This document shows, one piece after another, positions 48,597 through 57,968 of a stretch of 64,000 nt of DNA (the stretch's first letter is position 1; each line of letters begins with the position of its first letter). Under the pieces are notes generated by a model. The model made no database searches. It was not told where the DNA came from and was given only the letters and a program-made list of their open reading frames with translations. The position numbers and the translations under genes are program-made. This DNA is from Candidatus Pacearchaeota archaeon (GTDB taxonomy: Bacteria; Patescibacteriota; Minisyncoccia; Minisyncoccales; UBA5738): assembly GCA_035362275.1 (NCBI GenBank), contig DAOSDI010000001.1, positions 22,777 through 86,776 of the forward strand, read 5' to 3'.

Positions 48597-48980
48597 TTAC
48601 GCTTTGTTCAGCGTACTTTCGCAACCTGAACATATCCTCGCGGTTGGAAATGCCGCCAGCCTCTCGGCGGGAATATCGCGGTCGCAATTTTCGCATTTTC
48701 CATATGTACCGTTCGCGATCTTGCCAAGCGCCACGTTGATATCGGATAATTTTTGTGCCAAGATCTTTGCGACAGCCAATTGCTTTCCGTATTCTTCGGA
48801 TTCGTCAGTTTTAGTTTCACGAGCTTCATGGCCCGTCTCGCTACCGCTGGAAGTGAACTTGCTTTGCCACTCGCTTGGATTTTTCTTGCTTTGGACGGCG
48901 ATTTTTGCCAGCTGGCTTGAAATTTGCCGCTTTTCGTTTTCGAGTTCGGACTTATATTTTTCCAACAATTGTTTTTCCAT
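48597..48980 (-). CDS. DksA/TraR-family C4 zinc-finger protein
   Basis: N-terminal coiled coil and C-terminal CENCDRDIPAERL...ARICSGCES (C4). Confidence 0.7.
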   Translation of the reverse strand: MEKQLLEKYKSELENEKRQISSQLAKIAVQSKKNPSEWQSKFTSSGSETGHEARETKTDESEEYGKQLAVAKILAQKLSDINVALGKIANGTYGKCENCDRDIPAERLAAFPTARICSGCESTLNKA

Positions 48981-49066
48981 TTTTTATATTTTAAAGTTTA
49001 AGTTTGTTAACATATACATCTTAACACAAAAACCGCTAATTCCTAAGCGGTTTTGCTAAAATTCCT

Positions 49067-49140
49067 TGGCTGCCGGACCTGGATTCGAACCAAGATAAAC
49101 GGAGTCAAAGTCCGTTGTCCTACCATTAGACGATCCGGCA
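49067..49140 (-). tRNA. tRNA-Gln (anticodon TTG), CCA encoded
   Basis: Manual fold. Acceptor TGCCGGA/TCCGGCA with U1-A72, D-arm GTCT/GGAC, anticodon stem ACGGA/TCCGT with loop CTTTGAC, T-loop TTCGAAT. Confidence 0.8.
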
Positions 49141-49225
49141 ATTTTACAAAACGGGTTTATTATAGCGCAAAAACAATAAAAATCAATAAAAGCAACAAAA
49201 AAAATTGGCGTTTTCCGGATAGCGG

Positions 49226-49265
49226 ACATTCCAACATTATTGAGAATGTTGGAATGTTTATTAAC
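49226..49265. repeat. conserved hairpin element, copy 2 (acattccaacattattgagaatgttggaatgtttatt)
   Basis: Perfect 12-bp stem. Same loop and tttatt tail as copy 1 at 33527-33566. Confidence 0.7.
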
Positions 49266-49398
49266 GACAGATGGTTTATTTTAATGTTCCGCAGAATATC
49301 AAAATGCTTTTTGGGGTGCAAACCAAAAATCAGGGGTTGAACCCCTGATTTTTGAATTTTACAATTCTTAAACGGTATTTTTTCGGTGCATCGCAAGA

Positions 49399-50517
49399 TT
49401 ACAGGGAGCAGGATTCAACAAGGGCGATTTCCAGAGGAAGTTGCGGGATGGGAGAATATTTGATCTTGCCTTGCGCTTCCAGGAAAATATCAATGATGTT
49501 TTTGATTTTTTCTTCGCCCATTGCCAGGGTTTGCGTCCGCAGGACTTCAAATTCTTCGTCGGTCAGGCCGGCAATCATTACGTTGTCGTTTTTTGCGTCT
49601 TTGGGACCGACAATTGCCAGAACGAGCGCGTGGCGCAAATAATTCAGCAAGCTTTTGCCATATTCGGCAACATCATAGCCTTTTTCAATGATTTCGTTTA
49701 GATGGCTCACCGCCGCCGCCGCGTTTTTTTCGGCAATAAACCGCGTTAATTCCGCGGCGGATTTGGTTTCGGTCATTCCCAGGAATTCGCGGATGTCGGC
49801 GGCGGCAATGGCGGATTTTTTTTGCGCCGCCAGCGTCAAGACCTGCCCCAACAGGCTTTCGGCGTCGCGCATTGAACCGCCGGCGGAAAGCGCAATCAAT
49901 TCCAGCGCGGCTTTCTCAACCTTGATTTTTTCGTTACTGGCCAGTTTTTGCAGGCGCCCGACCAGTTCGGGCAAAGACAGTTTGCGGAAATCAAACCGCT
50001 GGCAACGCGACATAATCGTGGGCAGGATTTTGTGCAGTTCGGTGGTGGCCAAAACGAAAATCGCGTGCGCCGGCGGCTCTTCCAAAGTTTTGAGCAGGGC
50101 GTTGGCCGCGTCTTTGGAAAGTTGGTGGCATTCGTCAATGATGAACACTTTGTATTTCATTTTTGCCGGCGCGAATTTGATGCCCTCGCGCAGTTCACGG
50201 ATGTCGTCAACGCCGCGGTGCGACGCCGCGTCAATTTCAATCAAGTCTATCGCCCGTCCGCTTTGGATTTCCGCGCAATTGGCGCACCGGTTGCAGGGCT
50301 CGCCGCTGTCTGCCGCGCGATTGAGACAATTGACCGCCTTGGCAATCACGCGCGCGGTGGTGGTTTTGCCGCAACCGCGCGGTCCGGAAAACAAATAGGC
50401 GTGGGCAACTTGCCCGCTTTTAATCTCGTTTTGGATGGTTTTGGTAACGTGTTCCTGTCCAATAACGTCGGCAAACGCCTGCGGCCGGTATTTGCGATAA
50501 AGCACTAAATTTTTCAT
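49399..50517 (-). CDS. dnaX: DNA polymerase III subunit gamma/tau (short form, 372 aa)
   Basis: YRPQAFADVIGQEHV and Walker A GPRGCGKTT AAA+ clamp-loader motifs, with a CxxC zinc module. Confidence 0.9.
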   Translation of the reverse strand: MKNLVLYRKYRPQAFADVIGQEHVTKTIQNEIKSGQVAHAYLFSGPRGCGKTTTARVIAKAVNCLNRAADSGEPCNRCANCAEIQSGRAIDLIEIDAASHRGVDDIRELREGIKFAPAKMKYKVFIIDECHQLSKDAANALLKTLEEPPAHAIFVLATTELHKILPTIMSRCQRFDFRKLSLPELVGRLQKLASNEKIKVEKAALELIALSAGGSMRDAESLLGQVLTLAAQKKSAIAAADIREFLGMTETKSAAELTRFIAEKNAAAAVSHLNEIIEKGYDVAEYGKSLLNYLRHALVLAIVGPKDAKNDNVMIAGLTDEEFEVLRTQTLAMGEEKIKNIIDIFLEAQGKIKYSPIPQLPLEIALVESCSL

Positions 50518-50737
50518 AAATATAGGTTAAAGTTATATCGATTTTTCAATTCTCAGCTTTGATTAAGTTTTTAATTATCATTTAAACAAACAAATTACAG
50601 TGTCTTGTCGCTATTTAAATCATTTGGCAAAATTCTATTGCGGATTCTCCGATTTTTGCCATTCTTTCCTCATGTTTATGTTTGCTTGATGATTGATTTA
50701 TTGTTAATTCAATGAAAATTGAAAACTGAAAACTGTA

Positions 50738-51397
50738 TTATTTTTTTTCAAACACCAAAATTTTGTAGCCGAAAAAGTTGAAGATGAAAACCGCCATTAT
50801 CGCGCCGATGCCGCCCAGATTCGCCCAAAGCTCGGCGCCGATTTCCCATTGCGGCCCGATTTGATTGACGATGACGTCGGCGATAAAAATATTGAGCGCC
50901 AATCCGGCAAGAGTGATGGCAAAGAATTTGCCGAATTCGCGTTTCAGATTTTGCCGGTTTTTGTTTTTAAACGCCCACAGTTTGTCGGGAAAATATTTCA
51001 GCGATGTGGCGGCGGCAAAAGATATTCCCTTGGCCGCATTGAAACCGGCGCCGGATGCCGCTCCGCTCAAAATCATAAAGAGGTTAAGCAGGGCCAGATC
51101 AAGTATCGCGGCCATCGCTCCCACCAGCAAAAATTTGGCCAACTGGTAAATTGCCGGAAACTTTTTGCCGATCAGAAACGCAATTTGCAGGCCGAGATCC
51201 GCAAGCAAAGGAAAAATGATCAACAAAAGCCATCGCCATCGGACGAAACTTTCCGCTATCAAGCCGCCCGAAGATTGTCCCAAAATATAATAAAAATAAA
51301 CCGCCACGCCGCCGCCGATACCCGCGGCAATGATTGCGTCATTTGCCTCCATTTTTGAATATTTTTCGTTTTTGGATGCCATTGCCGATTTTACCAC
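50738..51397 (-). CDS. GtrA-family membrane protein (polysaccharide synthesis associated)
   Basis: Four TM helices with the C-terminal pattern ...NFFGYKILVFEK typical of GtrA-like proteins. Confidence 0.55.
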   Translation of the reverse strand: MVKSAMASKNEKYSKMEANDAIIAAGIGGGVAVYFYYILGQSSGGLIAESFVRWRWLLLIIFPLLADLGLQIAFLIGKKFPAIYQLAKFLLVGAMAAILDLALLNLFMILSGAASGAGFNAAKGISFAAATSLKYFPDKLWAFKNKNRQNLKREFGKFFAITLAGLALNIFIADVIVNQIGPQWEIGAELWANLGGIGAIMAVFIFNFFGYKILVFEKK

Positions 51398-51634
51398 AGA
51401 TTGGCTTTCGCGGACATATTGACAAGGATGGGTTGGTTTTGTTATGCTGGAAGAGCAAGGCTATGAACAAGAAACTTCATTCAAAAAAACCGGCCGGTTT
51501 GTGTATGTTCCTCTCGTAAAGAGCGGCCGGTTTTGGTGAATTTGTTTGCAACAACGTATGCTACCGCGCCTCTCTTTACGGGAGGCGCGTTTCAATTTAA
51601 AAATTTAAAAATTAAAAAATTAAAAATAACAGTT

Positions 51635-52567
51635 ATGAAAATATTGGAAACAATCGGCAATACTCCGCTGGTGGAAATTGAAAAACTCAATCCCAACCCG
51701 AAAGTGAAAATCTATGCCAAATTGGAAGGCGCCAATCCCACCGGGTCAATCAAAGACCGCATCGCCTTGGCGATGATTGAACATGCCGAAAAGACCGGCG
51801 TGCTGAAAAAGGGGAAAACGATCATTGAGGCGACGAGCGGCAACACCGGCATCGGGATTGCCATGGTGGCGGCCATCAAAGGCTATAAGACGATGATCGT
51901 TCTGCCCGAATCAATGAGCGTGGAGCGGCAGAAAATGATACTGGCTTTCGGCGCCGAACTGATATTGGTCAAGCCGGAAATGTGGCGCGACGGCGCGGTG
52001 GCAATGATCAAAGAAATGGCCGCCAAAGACAAAAAATTGGTGATGCTCAACCAGTTTGACAACGAGCAGAACTGTTTGGCGCATTATTACACCACCGGCA
52101 AGGAAATTGCCAGGCAAGTTCCGGAAAAAATTGATTATTTGATCGCCGGACTGGGCACCGGCGGCACGATCACCGGCATCGCGCGCCGGCTGAGGGAAAA
52201 ACATCCCGCAATGCGCGTCATCGGCATCCAGCCCTATCTGGGTGAAAAAATAGAAGGATTGCGCTCGGTGAAATCCGGCGCGATTCCCAAAATTCTGGAG
52301 CCTTGCCTGCCCTGCGGCGACCATCGCAAAAGCCTGATTGACATCGTGATTGAAATTCACGAGAAGGACGCCGTCAAAACCGTCCGCGATCTGGCGGCAA
52401 AAGAAGGAATTTTTGTCGGGCAAAGCTCCGGCGCGGCGATGTTTGCCGCCGCCAAGTATGCCAAAAAAGCGGGAAAGGGAACGATTGTTACCGTCTTCCC
52501 CGACCGCGGGGAAAAATATTTGAGCACCGGAGTTTTTCTTCGTCAGAAAAACAACACTAAACCTTAA
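51635..52567 (+). CDS. PLP-dependent cysteine synthase family protein (CysK/CysM/CBS-like), paralog 1
   Basis: GNTPLVEIEKL...KLEGANPTGSIKDR (PLP-lysine motif) and the glycine loop GTGGTITG. Confidence 0.85.
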   Translation: MKILETIGNTPLVEIEKLNPNPKVKIYAKLEGANPTGSIKDRIALAMIEHAEKTGVLKKGKTIIEATSGNTGIGIAMVAAIKGYKTMIVLPESMSVERQKMILAFGAELILVKPEMWRDGAVAMIKEMAAKDKKLVMLNQFDNEQNCLAHYYTTGKEIARQVPEKIDYLIAGLGTGGTITGIARRLREKHPAMRVIGIQPYLGEKIEGLRSVKSGAIPKILEPCLPCGDHRKSLIDIVIEIHEKDAVKTVRDLAAKEGIFVGQSSGAAMFAAAKYAKKAGKGTIVTVFPDRGEKYLSTGVFLRQKNNTKP

Positions 52568-52575
52568 CAAATTCC

Positions 52576-53481
52576 ATGGACAATATTCTTGACACTATCG
52601 GCAGGACGCCGCTGGTGGAAATCAAAAAATTAAATCCCAATCCCGCCGTCAAAATCTTTGCCAAATTGGAAGGGTTCAATCCGGGCGGGTCAATGAAAGA
52701 TCGCGTGGCGCGGGCGCTGATTGATGATGCCGAAAGATCCGGCGCGCTGAAAAAAGGAAAAACGATCATTGAGGCAACCAATGGCAACACCGGCATCGGG
52801 ATTGCCATGGTGGCGGCCATCAAAGGCTATAAAACCATCATCGTGTCGCCGGAAAATGCCAACCGGGAAAGAAAAAAGATTATTGAGAGCTTCGGTGCGC
52901 AAGTGATTGAAGTGAAGCCCGAACTCTGGCGGCAAGGTGCGCTGGATCTGGTGGAGGAAATGGCGGCCAAGGACTCTTCATTGGTGGTTTTGGATAAATT
53001 TTCTGCCAAGCAAAATTGCGCGGTGCATTTTAACACCACCGGCAAAGAAATCGTCAAACAAACCGGCGGACAAATTGATTACTTCATTTCCTGCATCGGT
53101 ACCGGCGGGGCGATTTCGGGCATTGCCCGCCAACTGCGGCAAAATTGGCCGCAAGTGAGGGTGATCGGCATCCAGCCCAAGATTTGGGGCGCCGATTCTT
53201 CCATTGAGACCGGAATATTTCCGCCCATCCTGAACTCAAACCTGCCCTGCGGCGACCATGATAAAGTGATGGTGGACATTATCGTGGAGATCGGGCAAAC
53301 CGATGCCTTTCAGATGGCCGGAAGAATCATCCGGGAGGAAGGGATTTTTGCCGGCGCCAGCTCCGGCGCGGCGATGTTCACCGCCGCCGAATATGCCAAA
53401 AAGATGGAAAAGGGAACGATCGTCACCGTCTTCCCCGACCGCGGCGAGCATTATCTTGCCACGGAAATGTTCCAGAATTGA
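52576..53481 (+). CDS. PLP-dependent cysteine synthase family protein, paralog 2
   Basis: GRTPLVEIKKL...KLEGFNPGGSMKDR and GTGGAISG. Shares a roughly 50-nt stretch identical to paralog 1. Confidence 0.85.
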   Translation: MDNILDTIGRTPLVEIKKLNPNPAVKIFAKLEGFNPGGSMKDRVARALIDDAERSGALKKGKTIIEATNGNTGIGIAMVAAIKGYKTIIVSPENANRERKKIIESFGAQVIEVKPELWRQGALDLVEEMAAKDSSLVVLDKFSAKQNCAVHFNTTGKEIVKQTGGQIDYFISCIGTGGAISGIARQLRQNWPQVRVIGIQPKIWGADSSIETGIFPPILNSNLPCGDHDKVMVDIIVEIGQTDAFQMAGRIIREEGIFAGASSGAAMFTAAEYAKKMEKGTIVTVFPDRGEHYLATEMFQN

Positions 53482-53482
53482 A

Positions 53483-53515
53483 AAAACCGCATCGGCGCTA
53501 CCGATGCGGTTTTTT
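53483..53515. terminator. bidirectional intrinsic terminator
   Basis: aaaaaaccgcatcggcgctaccgatgcggtttttt: perfect 10-bp stem with A6 and T6 tails. Confidence 0.75.
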
Positions 53516-53527
53516 GTTTCCGTAAAA

Positions 53528-54214
53528 TTATTTTTCGGAGAGTTTGTCGCGCAATCCGCGAATGGCTTCCGCCGCGGCATCTTTGCCTCCCAAGCCGAAC
53601 GCCAAACCGAATGCCAGCGCGAACATTCCCACGAACCCGGTAATCACGGTGCTGATAATGGTTTCTGCCACGCCCAATTGGAGCAGGATTGCCATCACCG
53701 CGAAAGTATAGATTGCCGCGCGGACGATCGCTCCCAACAGGTTGCTGTATTTGATCTCCAATCTTTTCACCGACGCTTTGATGACCTTTTCCAAAATGTC
53801 GGCCACGATGATTGATACCACGAAAATCGCCGCGGCCACAATCACATTGGGCAACCACTCAAGCACGCGGGTCAAGAACACCGCAAACGCGCTTAATCCC
53901 AAAATTTCCACAAATATCTGCAAGAACACGATCACCAAAATCCATTTCAAAATCGCACCCAAAAATTCGGAAGGATGCACTTTGATTTCGGCGTTTTCCA
54001 GAGCGGCCTTCCAGCCGCTTTTTGAGAACAGCGAATCAAAATTGATCTTCTTGAGGATGTTGGCGGTGATCTTGCCCATTCCGGAAGCGATAATCCAGCC
54101 GATGCCGAAAACGATCAAGCCGATCGCCAATTTGGGCAAAAACAGCAGGGCGCCTTCCCAAACATTTTGGAGGGCCTGCAGAGTGATTGCCGACCAATCA
54201 TTGGTGATTGTCAT
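53528..54214 (-). CDS. membrane protein with conserved TM-helix repeats (MscS-associated TM_helix-like)
   Basis: Repeated amphipathic/TM segments. Resembles the 'conserved TM helix' repeat family. No firm motif. Confidence 0.4.
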   Translation of the reverse strand: MTITNDWSAITLQALQNVWEGALLFLPKLAIGLIVFGIGWIIASGMGKITANILKKINFDSLFSKSGWKAALENAEIKVHPSEFLGAILKWILVIVFLQIFVEILGLSAFAVFLTRVLEWLPNVIVAAAIFVVSIIVADILEKVIKASVKRLEIKYSNLLGAIVRAAIYTFAVMAILLQLGVAETIISTVITGFVGMFALAFGLAFGLGGKDAAAEAIRGLRDKLSEK

Positions 54215-54351
54215 ATTTTTTTGTTTTAAACTTATTTCTTAATATTATACCTCGCGCCCGACTTCGGCGCAATGACGGACCCGGAAAAGGCCCGGTTTTA
54301 TGCTTATATTATAATATAGATATTTATTGTTTGTCAAGACAGACGGAGATT

Positions 54352-54828
54352 TTACCATGATTTGCCGCCGATAAAATAGATGCAAATATCATCGCCGATA
54401 GGAGCCCGATTATGGGACGATATTGTTCCGTTGGGACCTCCGGAGCACACCGAGGTGTTCCATATTCCCGTTTCGCAAGACGTGGCGCAACTTGAACAAG
54501 GTTCGGGGCAACCATCGTAATAATAAGCATGGCCCCAAGGATCATCTCCGATTCCGGGAAGATAATCGGCCAGATAAGTTCTAAAATTCGCGGCGCTGTT
54601 TATGTTTCCCGGAGAAGGATATTTTCCGGTTCTCGCTTCCATCATCATAATTGCCCGGTATATCGCGCTGACTTCGGAGCGGGCTTTGGCGATCCTTGCG
54701 CTTTCCCTTATGCCTTGCGTGGCCACTAAAACCATTCCCGACAACGTGCCGATAATCGCGATCACCACCAACAATTCAATTAATGTAAAACCACTGTGAT
54801 CGTTTTTCTTTTTTTGAATAATCCCCAT
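54352..54828 (-). CDS. type IV pilin-like / pseudopilin (prepilin N-terminal methylation domain)
   Basis: GFTLIELLVVIAIIGTLSGMV class III signal / N-methylation motif. Confidence 0.75.
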   Translation of the reverse strand: MGIIQKKKNDHSGFTLIELLVVIAIIGTLSGMVLVATQGIRESARIAKARSEVSAIYRAIMMMEARTGKYPSPGNINSAANFRTYLADYLPGIGDDPWGHAYYYDGCPEPCSSCATSCETGIWNTSVCSGGPNGTISSHNRAPIGDDICIYFIGGKSW

Positions 54829-54935
54829 TATTCTTTGATCTGAAACTTTAAAAGACGATAAAAGGACATTCCCGATGATCGGCAAGTATTTTATTCAACT
54901 GTCAAACTCCCGGGGCTTCATTGTTCCAAAAACAT

Positions 54936-55011
54936 TGGTGGACCTTGCCGGATTTGAACCGGCGACCTCCTCATTGCAAATGAGGCGCTCTGCCAACTGA
55001 GCTAAAGGCCC
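54936..55011 (-). tRNA. tRNA-Ala (anticodon TGC), CCA encoded
   Basis: Manual fold. Acceptor GGGCCTT/AAGGTCC includes the G3-U70 alanine identity pair. Anticodon loop TTTGCAA, T-loop TTCAAAT. Confidence 0.85.
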
Positions 55012-55150
55012 AACGATTAGCATTGATTGCGGGACAATTAGCGGTCCCTCCAATACAAATACACAATAACAAAAAAGAGACAAAATGCAATGCGGTTAGC
55101 GCGTTGCTTTAATGGCCGGGCTTGCTATGATGGCGTAATAATCAAAATAA

Positions 55151-56464
55151 TTGAAAATTATGAAATTCAACCGTTGGGGCGTAGTGGCGGGGGCGTTGCT
55201 GATTCAGGTGAGTTTGGGGGCGATTTATATTTACAGCGTTTTCAAGCCGGCATTGAAAAATCATTTTCCCGATTGGTCAGCGACGGATTCAGCGCTTCCG
55301 GCACAGATCCTTTTGGCGGTGGGCGCGTTGAGCATGGTCATCGCGGGAAAAATACAGGACAAGATCGGACCCCAAAAAACCGCGATTGGCGGGGCGGTAA
55401 TTTTGCTTTTGGGGATGTATGTTGCGGCCAAAGCGCAAACTTTGGCGCAGTTTGTTTTTGGGTTTGGCGTTTTGGGCGGCCTTGGTATTTATGCGGCTTA
55501 TGTTTGTCCCATTGCCACTTGCGTCAAGTGGTTTCCGGACAAGCGCGGGTTGATCACCGGATTAGCGGTGGCGGGATTTGGGGCCGGCGGCTTGGTATTC
55601 GCGCCGCTGGCGGTTTATCTGATTGGCAAGATTGGCATTATGGCGGCGCTGTTTTACTTGGGCTTGATTTATTTTTTGGTAATTATCGCCGGAGCGCAAT
55701 TGATGCGCTTGCCGCCGGCGGGATATTGTCCCGCAGGCTGGATGCCGCCGGCGGCGGCCGATGGCCGGAAAGTTGATTACACGACCAAGGAAATGATTAA
55801 AACCTGCCGGTTTTGGATTTTATGGATTACTTATTTTATTGGTTGTACCGCCGGATTATTGGTGATAATGAATTTGGTGAATATCTGGCAAGCACAAGCC
55901 GCGTCCGGACTAACAAAGTTTTCCGAAATCATTACCGTGGCACAATTTTCGCAGATTTTGGCGCAGGGAACGCTGGCGGTGATGGCGGTTTCCATCTTCA
56001 ACAGCTTGGGGAGGATCGCGTGGGGACGGATTTCGGACAAAAACGGGCGGGAAAAAACTTTGGCGGCGGTATTCGCGCTGTGTGGAGTTATGCTGTTGGT
56101 TTTGGGAGGATTGAACAGTTTTTGGAGTTTTGTCGTTGCCGCATCCGCCATCGGTTTTTGCTTCGGTGGTTTTTTGGCGCTTTATCCGGCGATCACTGCG
56201 GATTATTTCGGTTCAAAAAATATTGGCGCCAATTACGGTCTGATGTTCTCGGCATACGGTGCCGGCGGTCTGCTCGGACCGTGGCTGGCGCCGAAGTTAA
56301 TGTCTGCCGCGCAAAATGTTCCCCATCAAACCGCCGCCGCGAATGGCCAAATCATCGTCAAATTGTTTGAAACCGGCAGTTATTCAACATCGTTTTTTCT
56401 TGCCGCAATTTTATGTTTCGTTGCGGTATTTTTGGTTTTGCGATTAAAAACAAAATCCTTTTAA
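55151..56464 (+). CDS. MFS transporter, oxalate/formate antiporter (OFA) family-like
   Basis: 12-TM MFS topology. N-terminus NRWGVVAGALLIQVSLGAIYIYSVF is typical of OFA members. Confidence 0.8.
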   Translation: MKIMKFNRWGVVAGALLIQVSLGAIYIYSVFKPALKNHFPDWSATDSALPAQILLAVGALSMVIAGKIQDKIGPQKTAIGGAVILLLGMYVAAKAQTLAQFVFGFGVLGGLGIYAAYVCPIATCVKWFPDKRGLITGLAVAGFGAGGLVFAPLAVYLIGKIGIMAALFYLGLIYFLVIIAGAQLMRLPPAGYCPAGWMPPAAADGRKVDYTTKEMIKTCRFWILWITYFIGCTAGLLVIMNLVNIWQAQAASGLTKFSEIITVAQFSQILAQGTLAVMAVSIFNSLGRIAWGRISDKNGREKTLAAVFALCGVMLLVLGGLNSFWSFVVAASAIGFCFGGFLALYPAITADYFGSKNIGANYGLMFSAYGAGGLLGPWLAPKLMSAAQNVPHQTAAANGQIIVKLFETGSYSTSFFLAAILCFVAVFLVLRLKTKSF

Positions 56465-56519
56465 CAGGATTTTGTTTTTAATCGCAATGACGCAGTCGGA
56501 TCGGAGTTTATCCCGATTT

Positions 56520-56900
56520 CAAGAGGGAGCCTCCGTCTTTCGCGATTCGTGAGCGGAAAATTTTAGCAAAAATTTTCATCAGGACGGCCGCTTGTCCCGA
56601 ATAAAGTGAAGGATCATGCCGCTTAATTGTGGGCGATGAAGGAACCCGCCTTCGTTGAAACTTCGGCGAGGCAAAGTCGGACCTTCGGCCTCCGTCTTTT
56701 GCGATTCGTGAGCGGAAATAATTTTATGTTCAAGTATTAGTTTTTTGGTGGGCGCGGAAGGAATCGGACCTTCGGCCTCCGTCTTATCAGGACGGCGTTA
56801 TACCACTTAACTACGCGCCCCTGCGCCCACCAAAGAACTATTAAATTGAAAATTATTTCATCAGGACGGCGTTATACCACTTAACTAATCGCCCGAAAAC
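56520..56900. repeat. cluster of degenerate partial tRNA copies and internal direct repeats around the tRNA-Ile gene
   Basis: A 5' tRNA half (GGGCGAT TA GTTAAGTGGTATAAC GCCGTCC TGATGA) lies at 56858-56899. An acceptor/T-arm fragment with complementary ATCGCCC lies at 56625-56653. An anticodon-arm fragment lies at 56577-56600. The plus-strand string cctccgtcttt[ct]gcgattcgtgagcggaaa occurs twice, at 56529 and 56687. Confidence 0.7.
56746..56820 (-). tRNA. tRNA-Ile (anticodon GAT), CCA encoded, atypical T-loop (C55)
   Basis: Manual fold. Acceptor GGGCGCG/CGCGCCC, D-arm GTTA/TAAC, anticodon stem CCGTC/GACGG with loop CTGATAA, T-arm GAAGG-TCCGATT-CCTTC. Confidence 0.6.
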
Positions 56901-56934
56901 CGAATGATCAACGGCCAAACAGTTTGTTTATAAC

Positions 56935-57534
56935 CTATTTTTTCTTTCTTTTCAAGACGCCGCCGGCAGATTTGTTTTGAACCTTTGATTTTGCCGTTTT
57001 CGTTTTTTTGGGGCGGGATGAGGAAAAATTGCCGATAATTATTTCCGGGTTGATTTTTTTGAGGCCGCCAGAAGTGATTTTCAGCGAAGCTTCATAGCTT
57101 CCCGAAGGCAGGATAATTTTGGGCGCTTCCAGCAATTTCTTGTCGCAAAAAACTTTCACGTTCCACAACCCGGCAAACGGCGGAATCGCGCCCGGGTCAA
57201 TGCCTTTGAAAGTTTCAACGATCGCTTTTTCCTTGGCAAAGGCGATTTTCTCGGTTTTTGCGAGCTTCTGCAGTTTTTCAATATCCAAATTCTTGTCGCT
57301 GCCCATCGCCGCCAACACCAATTCTTTGCCGATTTTAAGCGTCAAAACCTTTGCCACCGTGCCGGGTTTAATCTTCAAAGTTGCCGCTTTGTCAAACGCG
57401 GTATAGACCGTGCGGTGTCCGACCAATTCATATTTCGCGCCAACCTTCGCCAAAAACCCTTCCACCTTTTTGGGAACCTTTATTTTTTTTCCTGTTCCTG
57501 TTTTTGTATTGGGCTTGGATTTCATCTTCGTCAT
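56935..57534 (-). CDS. YbaK/ProX-like aminoacyl-tRNA deacylase domain protein with basic termini
   Basis: Central region HRTVYTAFDKAATLKIKPGTVAKVLTLKIG...GAIPPF resembles the YbaK editing domain. Lys-rich tails. Confidence 0.5.
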   Translation of the reverse strand: MTKMKSKPNTKTGTGKKIKVPKKVEGFLAKVGAKYELVGHRTVYTAFDKAATLKIKPGTVAKVLTLKIGKELVLAAMGSDKNLDIEKLQKLAKTEKIAFAKEKAIVETFKGIDPGAIPPFAGLWNVKVFCDKKLLEAPKIILPSGSYEASLKITSGGLKKINPEIIIGNFSSSRPKKTKTAKSKVQNKSAGGVLKRKKK

Positions 57535-57538
57535 TTTT

Positions 57539-57757
57539 TTAAGAATTGCGAAATTTGCTTTCAGGCAATTGCGATTGGCGCATTATTGAACGGAAAGTTC
57601 CGTAAAGAATTTCCTTGCCGTGAATCGGCACGATTGCCGTCAAATTCGCCGCGCCGCTTTTGCGATATTTGGCATGGCTACCATTTTGAGAAACAAAAAC
57701 GAAACCATTTTTCTCCAAAGTTTTGATAACTTTTTTTGTTTGTATCGGATTAGGCAT
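57539..57757 (-). CDS. hicA: HicA-like toxin (mRNA interferase)
   Basis: KVIKTLEKNGFVFVSQNGSHAKYRK...IVPIHGKEILYGTFRSIM. 72 aa. Confidence 0.7.
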   Translation of the reverse strand: MPNPIQTKKVIKTLEKNGFVFVSQNGSHAKYRKSGAANLTAIVPIHGKEILYGTFRSIMRQSQLPESKFRNS

Positions 57758-57968
57758 TGGTTAAAGTCAGCGAAAAAACATCCGGCCGTTCCACTTTATT
57801 GATTTGGGAAATATCTCGATCTTCAAAATACAATTCCAGCGCCTCTTTGAGGTTTTCCATCGCTTTTTTTTTGGTTGCGCCAAAACTGGCCACATCAACA
57901 TTGAGACATTGTGAAACATATTGCTTGCCTTCTTTCCAAACCGCGGCCTTTAAATTTACCCTTTTCAT
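57750..57968 (-). CDS. hicB: HicB-like antitoxin
   Basis: MKRVNLKAAVWKEGKQYVSQCLNVDVASFGATKKKAMENLKEALELYFED (UPF0150/HicB fold pattern). Overlaps hicA by 8 nt. Confidence 0.6.
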   Translation of the reverse strand: MKRVNLKAAVWKEGKQYVSQCLNVDVASFGATKKKAMENLKEALELYFEDRDISQINKVERPDVFSLTLTNA

